Shown here: one piece after another, positions 1-9,123 of the stretch | Layout: every line of letters starts with the position of its first letter | How positions within the stretch are numbered: the stretch's first letter is position 1 | Program-made: the position numbers and the translations under genes | Source of the DNA: Sulfurospirillum sp. | GTDB lineage: Bacteria; Campylobacterota; Campylobacteria; Campylobacterales; Sulfurospirillaceae | DNA: 60,277 bases | Assembly: GCA_045047115.1 (NCBI GenBank) | Contig: JASFYR010000002.1 | Location: 1 to 60,277 of the forward strand | Reading direction: 5' to 3' | The notes under the pieces: generated by a model | Told to the model about the DNA's origin: nothing | Seen by the model: the letters and a program-made list of their open reading frames with translations, nothing else | Databases searched by the model: none

Positions 1-51
1 GCGTATAGAACTCTCCATCTTTTCCCCGCCATCATCAGCTATTTTTTTCAA
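1..51 (-). pseudogene. Possible frameshifted fragment of a type I restriction-modification methyltransferase (HsdM), running off the window start
   Basis: Minus strand reads LKKIADDGG and then, in a shifted frame, KDGEFYT, resembling the GEFYTP motif region of HsdM. Very short, so weak. Confidence 0.3.
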
Positions 52-98
52 GAAGCACTACAAATTGATCAAGATTTATAAAACATTATTACAAATAT

Positions 99-772
99 GA
101 GACCACTGCACAGTAACACAACAAAGATAATCCCCTTTAATCCCCTATATTAAGGAGTTTCAAGCACTTTTTTAGCTATAATAACACATAAATATAAAGA
201 GACTTTTTCTAAAATAAGGTGATAAATTGGCATTTAAACTGGGTATAAAAATCATATAGCTACAGATGCAGATTCAAAAGCTATACTCAAAGCAACAACA
301 ACATTTGCAAATACCTCAGATATTTTAATAGTAGAAACATTCATAGAAAGCTTAGGTGTTGATATTGGATCATTAGGTGCAGATAAAGCTTATAAATCTA
401 AAGAGATTGATAAGCTTTTGGAAGATAAAAATATAAAAAATAATGTATGCCTCAAAGAGACATAAAAGATGAGTGATAAAAAGAGAGAAAACCAAAGAGA
501 AGAAGAGAAACCAAAACACAAGGTAAGAGCCAAAGTAGAACACTCCTTTATGAATTTTACTGTTACTTGTATGCGCGCTAACCTAAAACTATTTGCTCAT
601 AAGAGAATGAGAGCAAAAATGGTTGGAAATAGATGAAAAATAGAGATAAAATCAGAGTGAACTTAGTGAAAATTAAGAATAAAAATGGATTTTTAGATCT
701 GGAACAGAAATATTTTTCAAAAATTAGGTTTTATAGATAGGGTTTGTATTGGTTTGGTTGTGCAGTGGTCTC
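99..772 (+). mobile_element. Internally deleted IS5-family insertion sequence remnant (~674 bp)
   Basis: Perfect inverted repeat TATGAGACCACTGCACA (96-112) / TGTGCAGTGGTCTCATA (759-775); GAGACC-type ends; encloses DDE transposase fragments. Confidence 0.85.
227..636 (+). pseudogene. IS5-family DDE transposase pseudogene
   Basis: Frame from 241 reads GYKNHIATD...GADKAY...RAKVEHSF (IS5 DDE motifs). In-frame TAA at 463-465. Putative TTG start at 227 is out of frame, implying a large deletion. Confidence 0.85.
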
Positions 773-868
773 ATAATGAAAAAGTTATTATATAAGAAGT
801 AAGTGTTCCCAAAGTGCGAAGAGAAATATTATAGAAATATTTTAAGTATGACTTAATAATAATAGGAT

Positions 869-895
869 TATAATTTCAACTGAAAATGATTATCA
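869..895 (+). promoter_or_regulatory. cyd operon -10 box followed by a Fur/PerR-type 7-1-7 box
   Basis: TATAAT at 869-874; TGAAAAT-G-ATTATCA at 881-895 is one mismatch from TGATAATnATTATCA. Confidence 0.6.
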
Positions 896-912
896 ATAGA
901 GGTTATGTATAT

Positions 913-1119
913 ATGGAATTTTGCAAAAAAATAGCTCTTTTTTACATTGACGGTTTTAAAAATATGAAAGTAGGCAAAAGATTATGGCTTATCATTGCTA
1001 TAAAATTCTTTATATTTTTTGTAATTTTAAAACTGCTGTTTTTTCCAGATATACTTCAGACAAAATTCTCAAATGACAAAGATAGAGCTAATTTTGTCAT
1101 AGAAAATTTAACAAAATAA
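913..1119 (+). CDS. DUF4492-like small membrane protein of cytochrome bd operons
   Basis: FYIDGFKNM..GKRLW.II.IK..I.F.ILK..FFP pattern with one TM helix, directly upstream of cydA. Start moved to ATG 913 (GAGG upstream). Confidence 0.8.
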   Translation: MEFCKKIALFYIDGFKNMKVGKRLWLIIAIKFFIFFVILKLLFFPDILQTKFSNDKDRANFVIENLTK

Positions 1120-1128
1120 GGAATAAAT

Positions 1129-2658
1129 ATGGATAGTAGTCTATTGGTTGAGCTTTCAAGATCTCAATTTGCCTTAACAGCACTATATCACTGGCTTTTC
1201 GTGCCTTTGACTCTTGGATTATCGTTTATCATAGCTATTATGGAGACCATATATGTCAAGACAAATGATCCGCAGTGGAAAAAACTTACAAAGTTTTGGA
1301 TGACACTCTTTGGTATAAATTTTGCGATAGGTTTGGCAACTGGCATCATTATGGAGTTTGAGTTTGGTACAAACTGGTCAAACTACTCTTGGATTGTTGG
1401 AGATATATTTGGGGCTCCCCTTGCTATAGAGGGATTGATGGCATTTTTTATGGAATCAACCTTCTTTGCGATTATGTTTTTTGGATGGAATAAGGTCTCA
1501 AAAAAAGCTCATTTGTTCTCTACCTGGCTGGTTGCAATCGGCTCAAATTTATCGGCACTTTGGATACTTGTTGCAAATGGATGGATGCAGTTTCCCGTAG
1601 GAATGCAGTTTAATCCCGATAGTGCAAGATTTGAGATGAAAAATTTCTTCGATATACTCTTTAGTCCTATTGCTGTTTCAAAATTTTTACACACTGTATC
1701 GAGTGGTTATGTTATGGGTTCTTTGTTTGTGGTTGGCATAAGCAGTTGGTATCTTTTAAAGAAAAGAGATATCTTGTTTGCCAAGCGTAGCATAATAGTG
1801 GCTTCCTCTTTTGGATTGTTGGTTTCACTATTTTTGATTTCAACCGGCGATGAGGCAGCTCATCAAGTAGCGCTCAAACAGCCAACAAAATTAGCAGCAA
1901 TGGAGGGTTTGTATGATGGTGCAAGAAGAGAAGGGATAGTAGCCTTTGGAGTCTTAAACAGTAAAAGAAAAATCGGTGACAAAGGAGTCGATGAGTTCCT
2001 TTTTTCATTTAAAATTCCCTATGCACTCTCATTTCTAGCTTATCACAATGTAAACTCTTTTGTTGCCGGAGCTGATGATTTGGTATATGGCAATGAAAAA
2101 CAGGGAATTGAACCGGCTGGTTCAAAGATAGCAAAAGGGAAAAAAGCTATAGGTTTTCTCCGGGCATATAAAGTTGCAAAGAAAAAGCAAGATATTCAAA
2201 AGTCAAAATCTTCACTAAAAAAGTTCAGGATGTACGAAAAGTATCTGGGATATGGCTATCTTAATGATCCAAAAGAGATAATGCCTCCTGTTGCCATCAC
2301 TTTTTACAGTTTTCATATAATGGTGGGGCTTGGAACCTGGTTCTTGGTGCTCTTTTTGCTTCTTCTATATTCTTCAATGGTGGGTATAGTAGAAAAGCAA
2401 AAGCTTCTTTTATGGTTAGGAGTATTTACTGTACCTCTTGGTTATCTTGCGGGCGAAGTTGGATGGATAGTGGCTGAAGTCGGAAGACAGCCTTGGGCTA
2501 TACAGGGACTTTTACCGACAAAACTTGCAACATCTCAGCTTGACAGTAGTGCAGTTGGGATTACAATAGTACTTTTTGTACTTATCTTTACAGCTCTTTT
2601 GATAGCTGAATTGAAGATTATGTTTACACAGATAAAAATCGGTCCAAAGGAGTCTTAA
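1129..2658 (+). CDS. cydA: Cytochrome bd ubiquinol oxidase subunit I
   Basis: LYHWLFVP (heme d His), EFEFGTNW, QPTKLAAMEG Q-loop, EVGRQPW motif. Confidence 0.97.
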   Translation: MDSSLLVELSRSQFALTALYHWLFVPLTLGLSFIIAIMETIYVKTNDPQWKKLTKFWMTLFGINFAIGLATGIIMEFEFGTNWSNYSWIVGDIFGAPLAIEGLMAFFMESTFFAIMFFGWNKVSKKAHLFSTWLVAIGSNLSALWILVANGWMQFPVGMQFNPDSARFEMKNFFDILFSPIAVSKFLHTVSSGYVMGSLFVVGISSWYLLKKRDILFAKRSIIVASSFGLLVSLFLISTGDEAAHQVALKQPTKLAAMEGLYDGARREGIVAFGVLNSKRKIGDKGVDEFLFSFKIPYALSFLAYHNVNSFVAGADDLVYGNEKQGIEPAGSKIAKGKKAIGFLRAYKVAKKKQDIQKSKSSLKKFRMYEKYLGYGYLNDPKEIMPPVAITFYSFHIMVGLGTWFLVLFLLLLYSSMVGIVEKQKLLLWLGVFTVPLGYLAGEVGWIVAEVGRQPWAIQGLLPTKLATSQLDSSAVGITIVLFVLIFTALLIAELKIMFTQIKIGPKES

Positions 2659-3783
2659 ATGTTTGAAGAATTATCATACTTAACTTTACAAGAGTACTGG
2701 TGGATGATTGTGGCACTTTTGGGGGCACTTTTTTCTTTTATCATATTCGTCCAAGGTGGTCAAACTATACTTAACAAGGTAGCAAAAGGTGAGGATGAAA
2801 AAGATATCATCATAGCATCGCTTGGTAGGAAGTGGGAGCTTTCATTTACAACTTTGGTTATGTTTGGAGGTGCACTTTTTGCAGCCTTCCCACTCTTTTA
2901 TGCCGTTAGTTTTAGTGGGGCATATTTTGCCTGGATGGTGATACTGTTTTGTTTTATAATCCAAGCAGTCTCTTATGAGTATAGAAAAAAACCAAATAAT
3001 TTTCTTGGGCAAAAAACTTATGAAATGTTTTTGTTTATAAATGGGAGTATCGGTATCATACTTATAGGTGTAGCACTCGGGACCCTTTTTACAGGTGGAA
3101 ACTTTGTCTTAAATGATATGCATCAATCACACTGGACTACCGCAACAAGAGGGCTTGAAGCAGTTTTAAATCCTTTTAATGTCGTACTTGGACTCACTCT
3201 CTTTTTCTTATCAAGAGTTCAGGCAAGTCTCTATTTTTTACACAATATAGACCACCAGGATATACAAAAGAGGATAAAACTCCAACTTAGAAATGACGCT
3301 GTATTTTTTGTTGCATTTTTTCTTTTATTGACTGCAATGATCTTAATGTTAAGCGGAGTAGGCTATGGTGCACATGGGTTTTTTGTGCAAAAACATAAAT
3401 TTTTATTAAATTTTTTAGCAAATCCGATTTTGCTTGCACTCTTTTTAGCAGGAACGCTTCTAGTGCTGTCTGCCTTGTTTATAGCACTTTTTAAGAATAG
3501 TAGAAATGGTATATGGTTTAGTGGATTTGGTACTGTTATGGTTATTTTTTCGATTTTATGTTTATTAGGGTTTAATAATACTGCTATATATCCTTCACTT
3601 GTGGACATAAACAGTTCATTAACTATACAAAACAGTTCGGGAAGTTTTTATACACTGACAACCATGAGCTATGTCTCTTTGCTGGTTCCCATAGTGCTTG
3701 GATATATCGTTTTTGTGTGGCGGGTGATGGATAGAGAAAATATCACATCAGAAGAGATAGAGTCTGATACTCATAAATATTAG
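2659..3783 (+). CDS. cydB: Cytochrome bd ubiquinol oxidase subunit II
   Basis: Polytopic membrane protein with GGALFAAFPLFY and SSLTIQNSS motifs; abuts cydA. Confidence 0.95.
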   Translation: MFEELSYLTLQEYWWMIVALLGALFSFIIFVQGGQTILNKVAKGEDEKDIIIASLGRKWELSFTTLVMFGGALFAAFPLFYAVSFSGAYFAWMVILFCFIIQAVSYEYRKKPNNFLGQKTYEMFLFINGSIGIILIGVALGTLFTGGNFVLNDMHQSHWTTATRGLEAVLNPFNVVLGLTLFFLSRVQASLYFLHNIDHQDIQKRIKLQLRNDAVFFVAFFLLLTAMILMLSGVGYGAHGFFVQKHKFLLNFLANPILLALFLAGTLLVLSALFIALFKNSRNGIWFSGFGTVMVIFSILCLLGFNNTAIYPSLVDINSSLTIQNSSGSFYTLTTMSYVSLLVPIVLGYIVFVWRVMDRENITSEEIESDTHKY

Positions 3784-3791
3784 GAGATAAA

Positions 3792-3911
3792 ATGGAATCA
3801 ATTGATTATACATCAGCGATTATTTGGCTATGTTCTTGGCCTGCTTTGATATATATAGCATATAAATTTATATCTATAAATATCAATCATTTTGAGAAGA
3901 ATCTAAAGTAG
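3792..3911 (+). CDS. 39-aa single-TM small subunit of cytochrome bd (CydX/CydY-like), not in the ORF track
   Basis: MESIDYTSAIIWLCSWPALIYIAYKFISININHFEKNLK; AGGAG RBS overlapping the cydB stop; lies before the hairpin at 3919. Confidence 0.8.
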   Translation: MESIDYTSAIIWLCSWPALIYIAYKFISININHFEKNLK

Positions 3912-3918
3912 TTTATTG

Positions 3919-3944
3919 GAGGCAAAGCGATATAGCTTTGCCTC
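3919..3944. terminator. Hairpin between convergent genes, probable terminator
   Basis: GAGGCAAAGC-gatata-GCTTTGCCTC, perfect 10-bp stem. Confidence 0.65.
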
Positions 3945-3952
3945 ATGGTTGG

Positions 3953-4306
3953 TTAAAAGTATTTTTTTATCTTATCAAACAGCTTATCTTTTGTGCTTTT
4001 ATTGAGCTCTATTTTATCCGTTTCATCGATATAGTACTCCTGTGGAAGTCTATTTTGCTCAGTTCCATCGACATTTATCACATTTAAATCCGGAGCTATT
4101 AGCTCTCTCAGGCGTTTTTGCACTACCATTTTTGTGGTCATCAAACTCATGGAGCACCCATGACAGGCTCCTGTTAACTCAATATATACACTACCGTCTT
4201 TTACACCCAAAAGTTTTATAGCACCACCGTGTGATTTAACATACTCATTTACGGTTGGAAGATAGTGTTTGACTGCCTTATAAATCTCTTCATTACTGAA
4301 CAACAT
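3953..4306 (-). CDS. NifU C-terminal/NfuA-like Fe-S carrier protein
   Basis: SHGGAIKL...LTGACHGCSMS (CxxC). Start moved to ATG 4306 with a GAGGA RBS. Confidence 0.85.
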   Translation of the reverse strand: MLFSNEEIYKAVKHYLPTVNEYVKSHGGAIKLLGVKDGSVYIELTGACHGCSMSLMTTKMVVQKRLRELIAPDLNVINVDGTEQNRLPQEYYIDETDKIELNKSTKDKLFDKIKKYF

Positions 4307-4381
4307 ATTATATTCCTCTATTTTTTTGGAAATATACCCCAAAAAAGCTTAAATAGGACTAAAATTATCTTATTAGTAAGC

Positions 4382-4414
4382 TTAACGATAAGTTAATAGG
4401 CTTTTTTATATACT
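4382..4414 (+). promoter_or_regulatory. Putative response-regulator binding site TTAACGAnnnnTTAATA plus -10 box (copy 1)
   Basis: ttaacgataagttaata at 4382-4398, TATACT at 4409-4414; same motif at 6761-6777 (-) and 6785-6801 (+). Confidence 0.6.
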
Positions 4415-4419
4415 TGTAT

Positions 4420-5073
4420 ATGTCAAAAATATTACTATTAGAAGATGATGATGTGTTGTCTGAAACACTTATAGAACTGTTGGAGAGTGAGGGTTTTGAA
4501 GTTCTGCATGTAAATGATGGAGAGATGGCTCTTGATGCATCATTTGTTCAGAAATTTGACCTTTTGCTACTGGATGTAAATGTTCCATATTTAAATGGAT
4601 TTGAACTTTTGAAAAGCTTGAGAGAGAGTGGAGATATGACTCCGGCTATATTTATTACCGCACTCACTGATGTTGCTTCATTGTCGCAGGGTTTTGAGAT
4701 TGGTGCTGATGATTACATAAAAAAGCCATTTGATTTTGATGAACTTTTGATTCGCATAAAAGCACTTCTGAAAAAACAGTACCACACCTATGCAAATGAG
4801 ATAGCAGTAGATGAGTTTCGTTTTGTTATAGAAAAAGATGAGCTTTACAGCGGTTCATCTTTCGTATCTCTGCCACCTTATGAGCTATGTATAACAAGGC
4901 TTCTTTTCCAAAACCTAAACAAAACACTCTCAAAGCAGAGGCTTCTTGAAGCTTTAAATGAGGGAAGAGAGATGAGCGAAGGAGCTTTAAGAGTTCATAT
5001 AAATCAACTTCGTAAAATCGGATTACCCATCATGACCATAAAAGGGATAGGATATCGTCTTGCCTCGTCATGA
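4420..5073 (+). CDS. OmpR/PhoB-family response regulator
   Basis: Receiver domain (LLEDD, LLDVNVP, KPF) and winged-helix C-terminus (IKGIGYRL). ATG 4420 preferred to TTG 4414. Confidence 0.92.
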   Translation: MSKILLLEDDDVLSETLIELLESEGFEVLHVNDGEMALDASFVQKFDLLLLDVNVPYLNGFELLKSLRESGDMTPAIFITALTDVASLSQGFEIGADDYIKKPFDFDELLIRIKALLKKQYHTYANEIAVDEFRFVIEKDELYSGSSFVSLPPYELCITRLLFQNLNKTLSKQRLLEALNEGREMSEGALRVHINQLRKIGLPIMTIKGIGYRLASS

Positions 5074-6118
5074 AAAAAAAGCTTTTTTTAAATTTTTCCT
5101 TATCTACTTTCTAAGTGTTGCAATTTTGATTCTAGTGGCTGGATTTTTCTATTTTTCGCAGATGAAAAATCAATTTTTAAAAGCAGAGCAATTCTCTATG
5201 ATAGAGTATGCAAGAGATATAAAAATGGGCAAGGATTTGAGTAAATTTTCCGGTATCTATAGACATGGTTTTTCAGATAATATCTATAATCATATAGATA
5301 TAGAGAATTTTGCGACAAAAGATGGTGAGTTTGTCAAGTTTATACCTCTTAACAAATTGGGAAACTACTTTCAAGTATTTAAGTCCACAGCAGGGTATGA
5401 GCAAAAACTTTTTAATTTGAAATTAAGGATAGCTTTTGTTCAGTTGATTTTATTGATTTTGTTTGCACTCCTTAGTCATAGATTGGCAAAAAACGCTCTT
5501 TTGCCTTTGGAGGAGAGTATAGCCACGCTTGATAAGTTTGCCAAAGATTTGATTCATGATTTAAACACACCGGTAACTTCCATAAAACTAAATATGAAAC
5601 TTTTGAAAAAAGATCCGAATTTCAAGGACAACAAAGCATTGCACAGGCTAAATAGAAGCGTATATACCATATCGGAATTGCATGAAAATCTTACAATTCT
5701 TTTACAAGAAGAGACCTTTCAAATGCAAGAAGTAAATCTGTTCGATATCGTAAAAGATATAGTGCAGACTCAAAAGCAGATATATCCTCATCTTGATTTT
5801 ATCGTTGAAAATTCTGTGTTAAAGGCAAAAGTAAATCCGAATGCAATGAAGCAAATTTTGCAAAATATAGTTTCAAATGCCTGCAAATATAATTCAAAAG
5901 ATGGTTTTATCAAGGTATATGCAGACAAAAACTCTCTATGTGTAGAGGATAGTGGAAAAGGCATTAAAGAGCCTGAGCGTATATTTGAGCGCTCTTTTAG
6001 TGAAAAAAACAGCAGTGGAATAGGTTTGGATATTGTTATGCGATTGGCTAAGTCTATGGATATAGGCATCAGGGTAAAGTCCACCCCTAAAGGTACCATC
6101 TTTACCCTGAGTTTCTAA
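5060..6118 (+). CDS. Sensor histidine kinase
   Basis: Two TM helices, HDLNTP H-box, NACKY N-box, DSGKGI and GIGL G-boxes. Confidence 0.92.
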   Translation: MPRHEKKAFFKFFLIYFLSVAILILVAGFFYFSQMKNQFLKAEQFSMIEYARDIKMGKDLSKFSGIYRHGFSDNIYNHIDIENFATKDGEFVKFIPLNKLGNYFQVFKSTAGYEQKLFNLKLRIAFVQLILLILFALLSHRLAKNALLPLEESIATLDKFAKDLIHDLNTPVTSIKLNMKLLKKDPNFKDNKALHRLNRSVYTISELHENLTILLQEETFQMQEVNLFDIVKDIVQTQKQIYPHLDFIVENSVLKAKVNPNAMKQILQNIVSNACKYNSKDGFIKVYADKNSLCVEDSGKGIKEPERIFERSFSEKNSSGIGLDIVMRLAKSMDIGIRVKSTPKGTIFTLSF

Positions 6119-6128
6119 TTGACCTTTT

Positions 6129-6716
6129 TTAGACTATCTCTATTACTTTTTCAGGGTTGTCAAACAGTGTTTTGACCATCTCTTGAAATCTTGCAGGAAA
6201 TGTTTTTTTATCTTCCTCGGTGGCATTTGGGCCGATAGCACTCATTAAAATTGCCATAGGATTTACGATATTTTTTGGTCTATAATTTACATTTACCTCC
6301 TTGTTTGTATCAAGTCTGGTAAATCTGACATCAGAAACTATCGGTGCATTATAAAAGAGCAAATCTCTTCTGTTGAATTTTCCTGTTGGAATCCCACCAA
6401 AACCGTAGTTTGTTGTTGCTCCTGTTATGTTTGAAAGTACACAGCCTACTACTCCTGCATTGTCATCAGTCGGAGATTTTTTAAGCTCTATTTTTATCTC
6501 ACCTCTTTTTGGTATCTCTTTGCCATAGAGTGCCTTGAGACCATAAAGCGCTATGAGATAAGCTCCCGCTACCGTACCGCAGCTGTGTCCTGATGTTTTA
6601 ACTATATCGGGATAACCGAATTCTATAATACCATCATCATTAACCCCTAAAAATTGAGCTAACTCATCTTTTAAGACAATCTTCTCTATATCATCAAAAA
6701 ATGCCAAATAACGCAT
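6129..6716 (-). CDS. FmdE/FwdE-like metal-binding protein
   Basis: N-terminal GHSCGTVAG resembles the HxC motif of the FmdE family. Confidence 0.55.
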   Translation of the reverse strand: MRYLAFFDDIEKIVLKDELAQFLGVNDDGIIEFGYPDIVKTSGHSCGTVAGAYLIALYGLKALYGKEIPKRGEIKIELKKSPTDDNAGVVGCVLSNITGATTNYGFGGIPTGKFNRRDLLFYNAPIVSDVRFTRLDTNKEVNVNYRPKNIVNPMAILMSAIGPNATEEDKKTFPARFQEMVKTLFDNPEKVIEIV

Positions 6717-6760
6717 ATTATTTTCTCCTAATTTTGTTTAGAAGAAGAATATCATCTTAG

Positions 6761-6816
6761 TATTAAGGTATCGTTAATATCCACTTAACGAACAGTTAAT
6801 ATAAATTTGTCATAAT
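6761..6816. promoter_or_regulatory. Divergent promoters with back-to-back TTAACGAnnnnTTAATA sites (copies 2 and 3)
   Basis: Minus 6761-6777 ttaacgataccttaata followed by TGaTATTCT; plus 6785-6801 ttaacgaacagttaata followed by TGtCATAAT (-10 at 6811-6816). Confidence 0.6.
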
Positions 6817-6841
6817 TTTACAAATAATATAAGGAAACTAA

Positions 6842-7984
6842 ATGAAAAAGTACATAAAATATACCATCTATATAATTATCATCGCAGTTGCTGCTTTTGG
6901 GTTTTATAAAAAGGTTTATATCCCCAAACATACATTTGCAACTACAAAAGCATTTAAAGGAAGCATAGATATAAAAGTCAATGGTATAGGAAATGTGGGT
7001 GCACAAAATATATATAAGATTGGCTCTTTGTATGGTGGTAAGATTTTGGATTTTAACATCGAAGAAGGAGAATATATCAAGCAAGGTATATTGATTGCAA
7101 ATGTCGACAGTGTTGATTTGGGAGATAGAATTGATGAACAAAAGGCTCTGAGATCAAAGCTTTTAAATGATATAAAATCTCTCAAAGTGGATAGAATGAG
7201 TGCAAAAGTGAATTTCGACTATCAAAATGAGTTGTTTAACAAAAACAAAAAACTTTATAAACTTCACGCTATATCAAGTCTGGATTATCAAAAGTATTTG
7301 ACTGCAAAAGATACAGCTAAACTGAAGATCCAGAGTATTGACGCTCATATAGCTTCACTAAAAGATCAAGTTGCACAAGTGATAGCCGGCATAAACGGAT
7401 TGGAAAAGAAACTTGCCCGCTATATCATAAAAGCACCTGTTAGCGGATATGTAACAAAAAAACTTGTTGTGAACTATCAGATTATTATGCCAAATCAAAC
7501 GCTCCTGGAGTTAGTAAATCCAAAAGATGTTTGGGTACAGACATATATAGATACAAGAATAAGCGGAAAAGTTAAAATTGGAGACAGCGCTTCTGTAAAA
7601 TTACGCTCATCTGATAAGGTTTATAGGGGTAAAGTAGTAAATATCAATCCTGTAAACAACCCTATAACTTATGAGCGTGAGATAGACATAGCATTTGATA
7701 ATCTTCCTATTCCTTTTTATATGGAGGAGCAGGCTGTAGTTAAAATAGAAATAAAAACTTTAAGAGATGTTGTGAAGGTGCCTACAAAAGTCCTAAGCAT
7801 ATACAAGGAACAAAATGGTGTTTGGATTTTAAAAGGCGATAAAGTAAGCTTTAAACCGCTGAAAATTATAGCTTACGAAAATAAAACAGCTGCAGTAGAG
7901 GGTTTGGGCAGTGATGAAAAGTTGGTCATACCTGATCCTAAGAAAAATTCTTTAAGTGATGGTATGAAAATATATCATGATTAA
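6842..7984 (+). CDS. MacA-like periplasmic adaptor (membrane fusion protein)
   Basis: N-terminal TM anchor, coiled-coil hairpin, IKAPVSGYV motif. Confidence 0.9.
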   Translation: MKKYIKYTIYIIIIAVAAFGFYKKVYIPKHTFATTKAFKGSIDIKVNGIGNVGAQNIYKIGSLYGGKILDFNIEEGEYIKQGILIANVDSVDLGDRIDEQKALRSKLLNDIKSLKVDRMSAKVNFDYQNELFNKNKKLYKLHAISSLDYQKYLTAKDTAKLKIQSIDAHIASLKDQVAQVIAGINGLEKKLARYIIKAPVSGYVTKKLVVNYQIIMPNQTLLELVNPKDVWVQTYIDTRISGKVKIGDSASVKLRSSDKVYRGKVVNINPVNNPITYEREIDIAFDNLPIPFYMEEQAVVKIEIKTLRDVVKVPTKVLSIYKEQNGVWILKGDKVSFKPLKIIAYENKTAAVEGLGSDEKLVIPDPKKNSLSDGMKIYHD

Positions 7985-9122
7985 TCTAGCATATAAAGAT
8001 ATCTCGCACTCACTTAGTAAATTTGTGATAACTGCTATCAGTGTAGGTGTACTTTTGGGTATAGTTATCATCATGATAGGAGTCTATCGTGGGATGGTAT
8101 TTGATGCAAAAGTTTTAGTTAGTGATATAAAAGCAGATATTTGGGTAGTTCAACAAGATACGCTTGGTCCGTTTGCACAAACCTCAAAGGTGCATGAGGA
8201 TTTGAAGAATCAAATCTCATATCAAGATGGCATAAAGTATGCAGAAGCTATCACTTTTCAAACTTTTCAAATGCAAAACAAGTATGGTGATTTTAAGGTT
8301 ATGCTGGTTGGATTTGATCCGTTTGGAAAAATAGATGTTATAAACAGAGCCAAACTGATAGAGGGAAGAAGCATAAGAAAACAACACTATGAGATAGTTG
8401 TATCACAAAAAACCAACTATAAACTAGGTGAGTATATAAAGATGGGAAGAGACAGGTTTAAAGTCGTAGGTATCACCAAAGATACAGTCTCCAACAGTGG
8501 GGACTATCTCATTTTTACGAGCCTCAAAGATGCTGAAGTTTTACAGTTTACATATACAAATGAGAGAATCAGGAGTGATGATAGCAGAGGTATAAAAGGT
8601 GGCAATCCTCATCTCGTAAATGCGATAATAGCTAAAATAAAAGATGGTTACAATCCAGAACAGGTAGCGAAAAATATAGAAACAACAACACATAAAAAGG
8701 TCTTTACAAAAGCCGAACAGACAAGACTGCTTTTGGAAAAAGTGATAAAAAAATCATCAAAGCAGATAGGTATGTTTACTGTTATACTGATTATAGTCTC
8801 TATCGTAATTATCGCTCTTATCATCTACACCATGACACTAGAGAAGATAAAAGAGATAAGCATACTAAAACTTATTGGTATCTCTAATTTTACGATTTCA
8901 AAGATGATCATACAAGAGACCATCACGCTTGGGATTTTGGCATTTATATCTGGAAATATCTTTGCCAGGCTGATAGCAGGGGGCTTTCCGAAGAGGATAG
9001 TACTAGAGATAAATGATGCTTTTAGTCTTTTTGGGATAATCCTAATTTCGTCTGTATTTGCTTCGCTTTTTGGTATTTACAAGGTTGTAAAGACAGATCC
9101 GTCACAAGCGATAGGGGGATGA
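7977..9122 (+). CDS. MacB/FtsX-family ABC exporter permease
   Basis: TM1, a large periplasmic domain and three C-terminal TMs with KEISILKLIG. Confidence 0.9.
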   Translation: MINLAYKDISHSLSKFVITAISVGVLLGIVIIMIGVYRGMVFDAKVLVSDIKADIWVVQQDTLGPFAQTSKVHEDLKNQISYQDGIKYAEAITFQTFQMQNKYGDFKVMLVGFDPFGKIDVINRAKLIEGRSIRKQHYEIVVSQKTNYKLGEYIKMGRDRFKVVGITKDTVSNSGDYLIFTSLKDAEVLQFTYTNERIRSDDSRGIKGGNPHLVNAIIAKIKDGYNPEQVAKNIETTTHKKVFTKAEQTRLLLEKVIKKSSKQIGMFTVILIIVSIVIIALIIYTMTLEKIKEISILKLIGISNFTISKMIIQETITLGILAFISGNIFARLIAGGFPKRIVLEINDAFSLFGIILISSVFASLFGIYKVVKTDPSQAIGG

Positions 9123-9123
9123 T

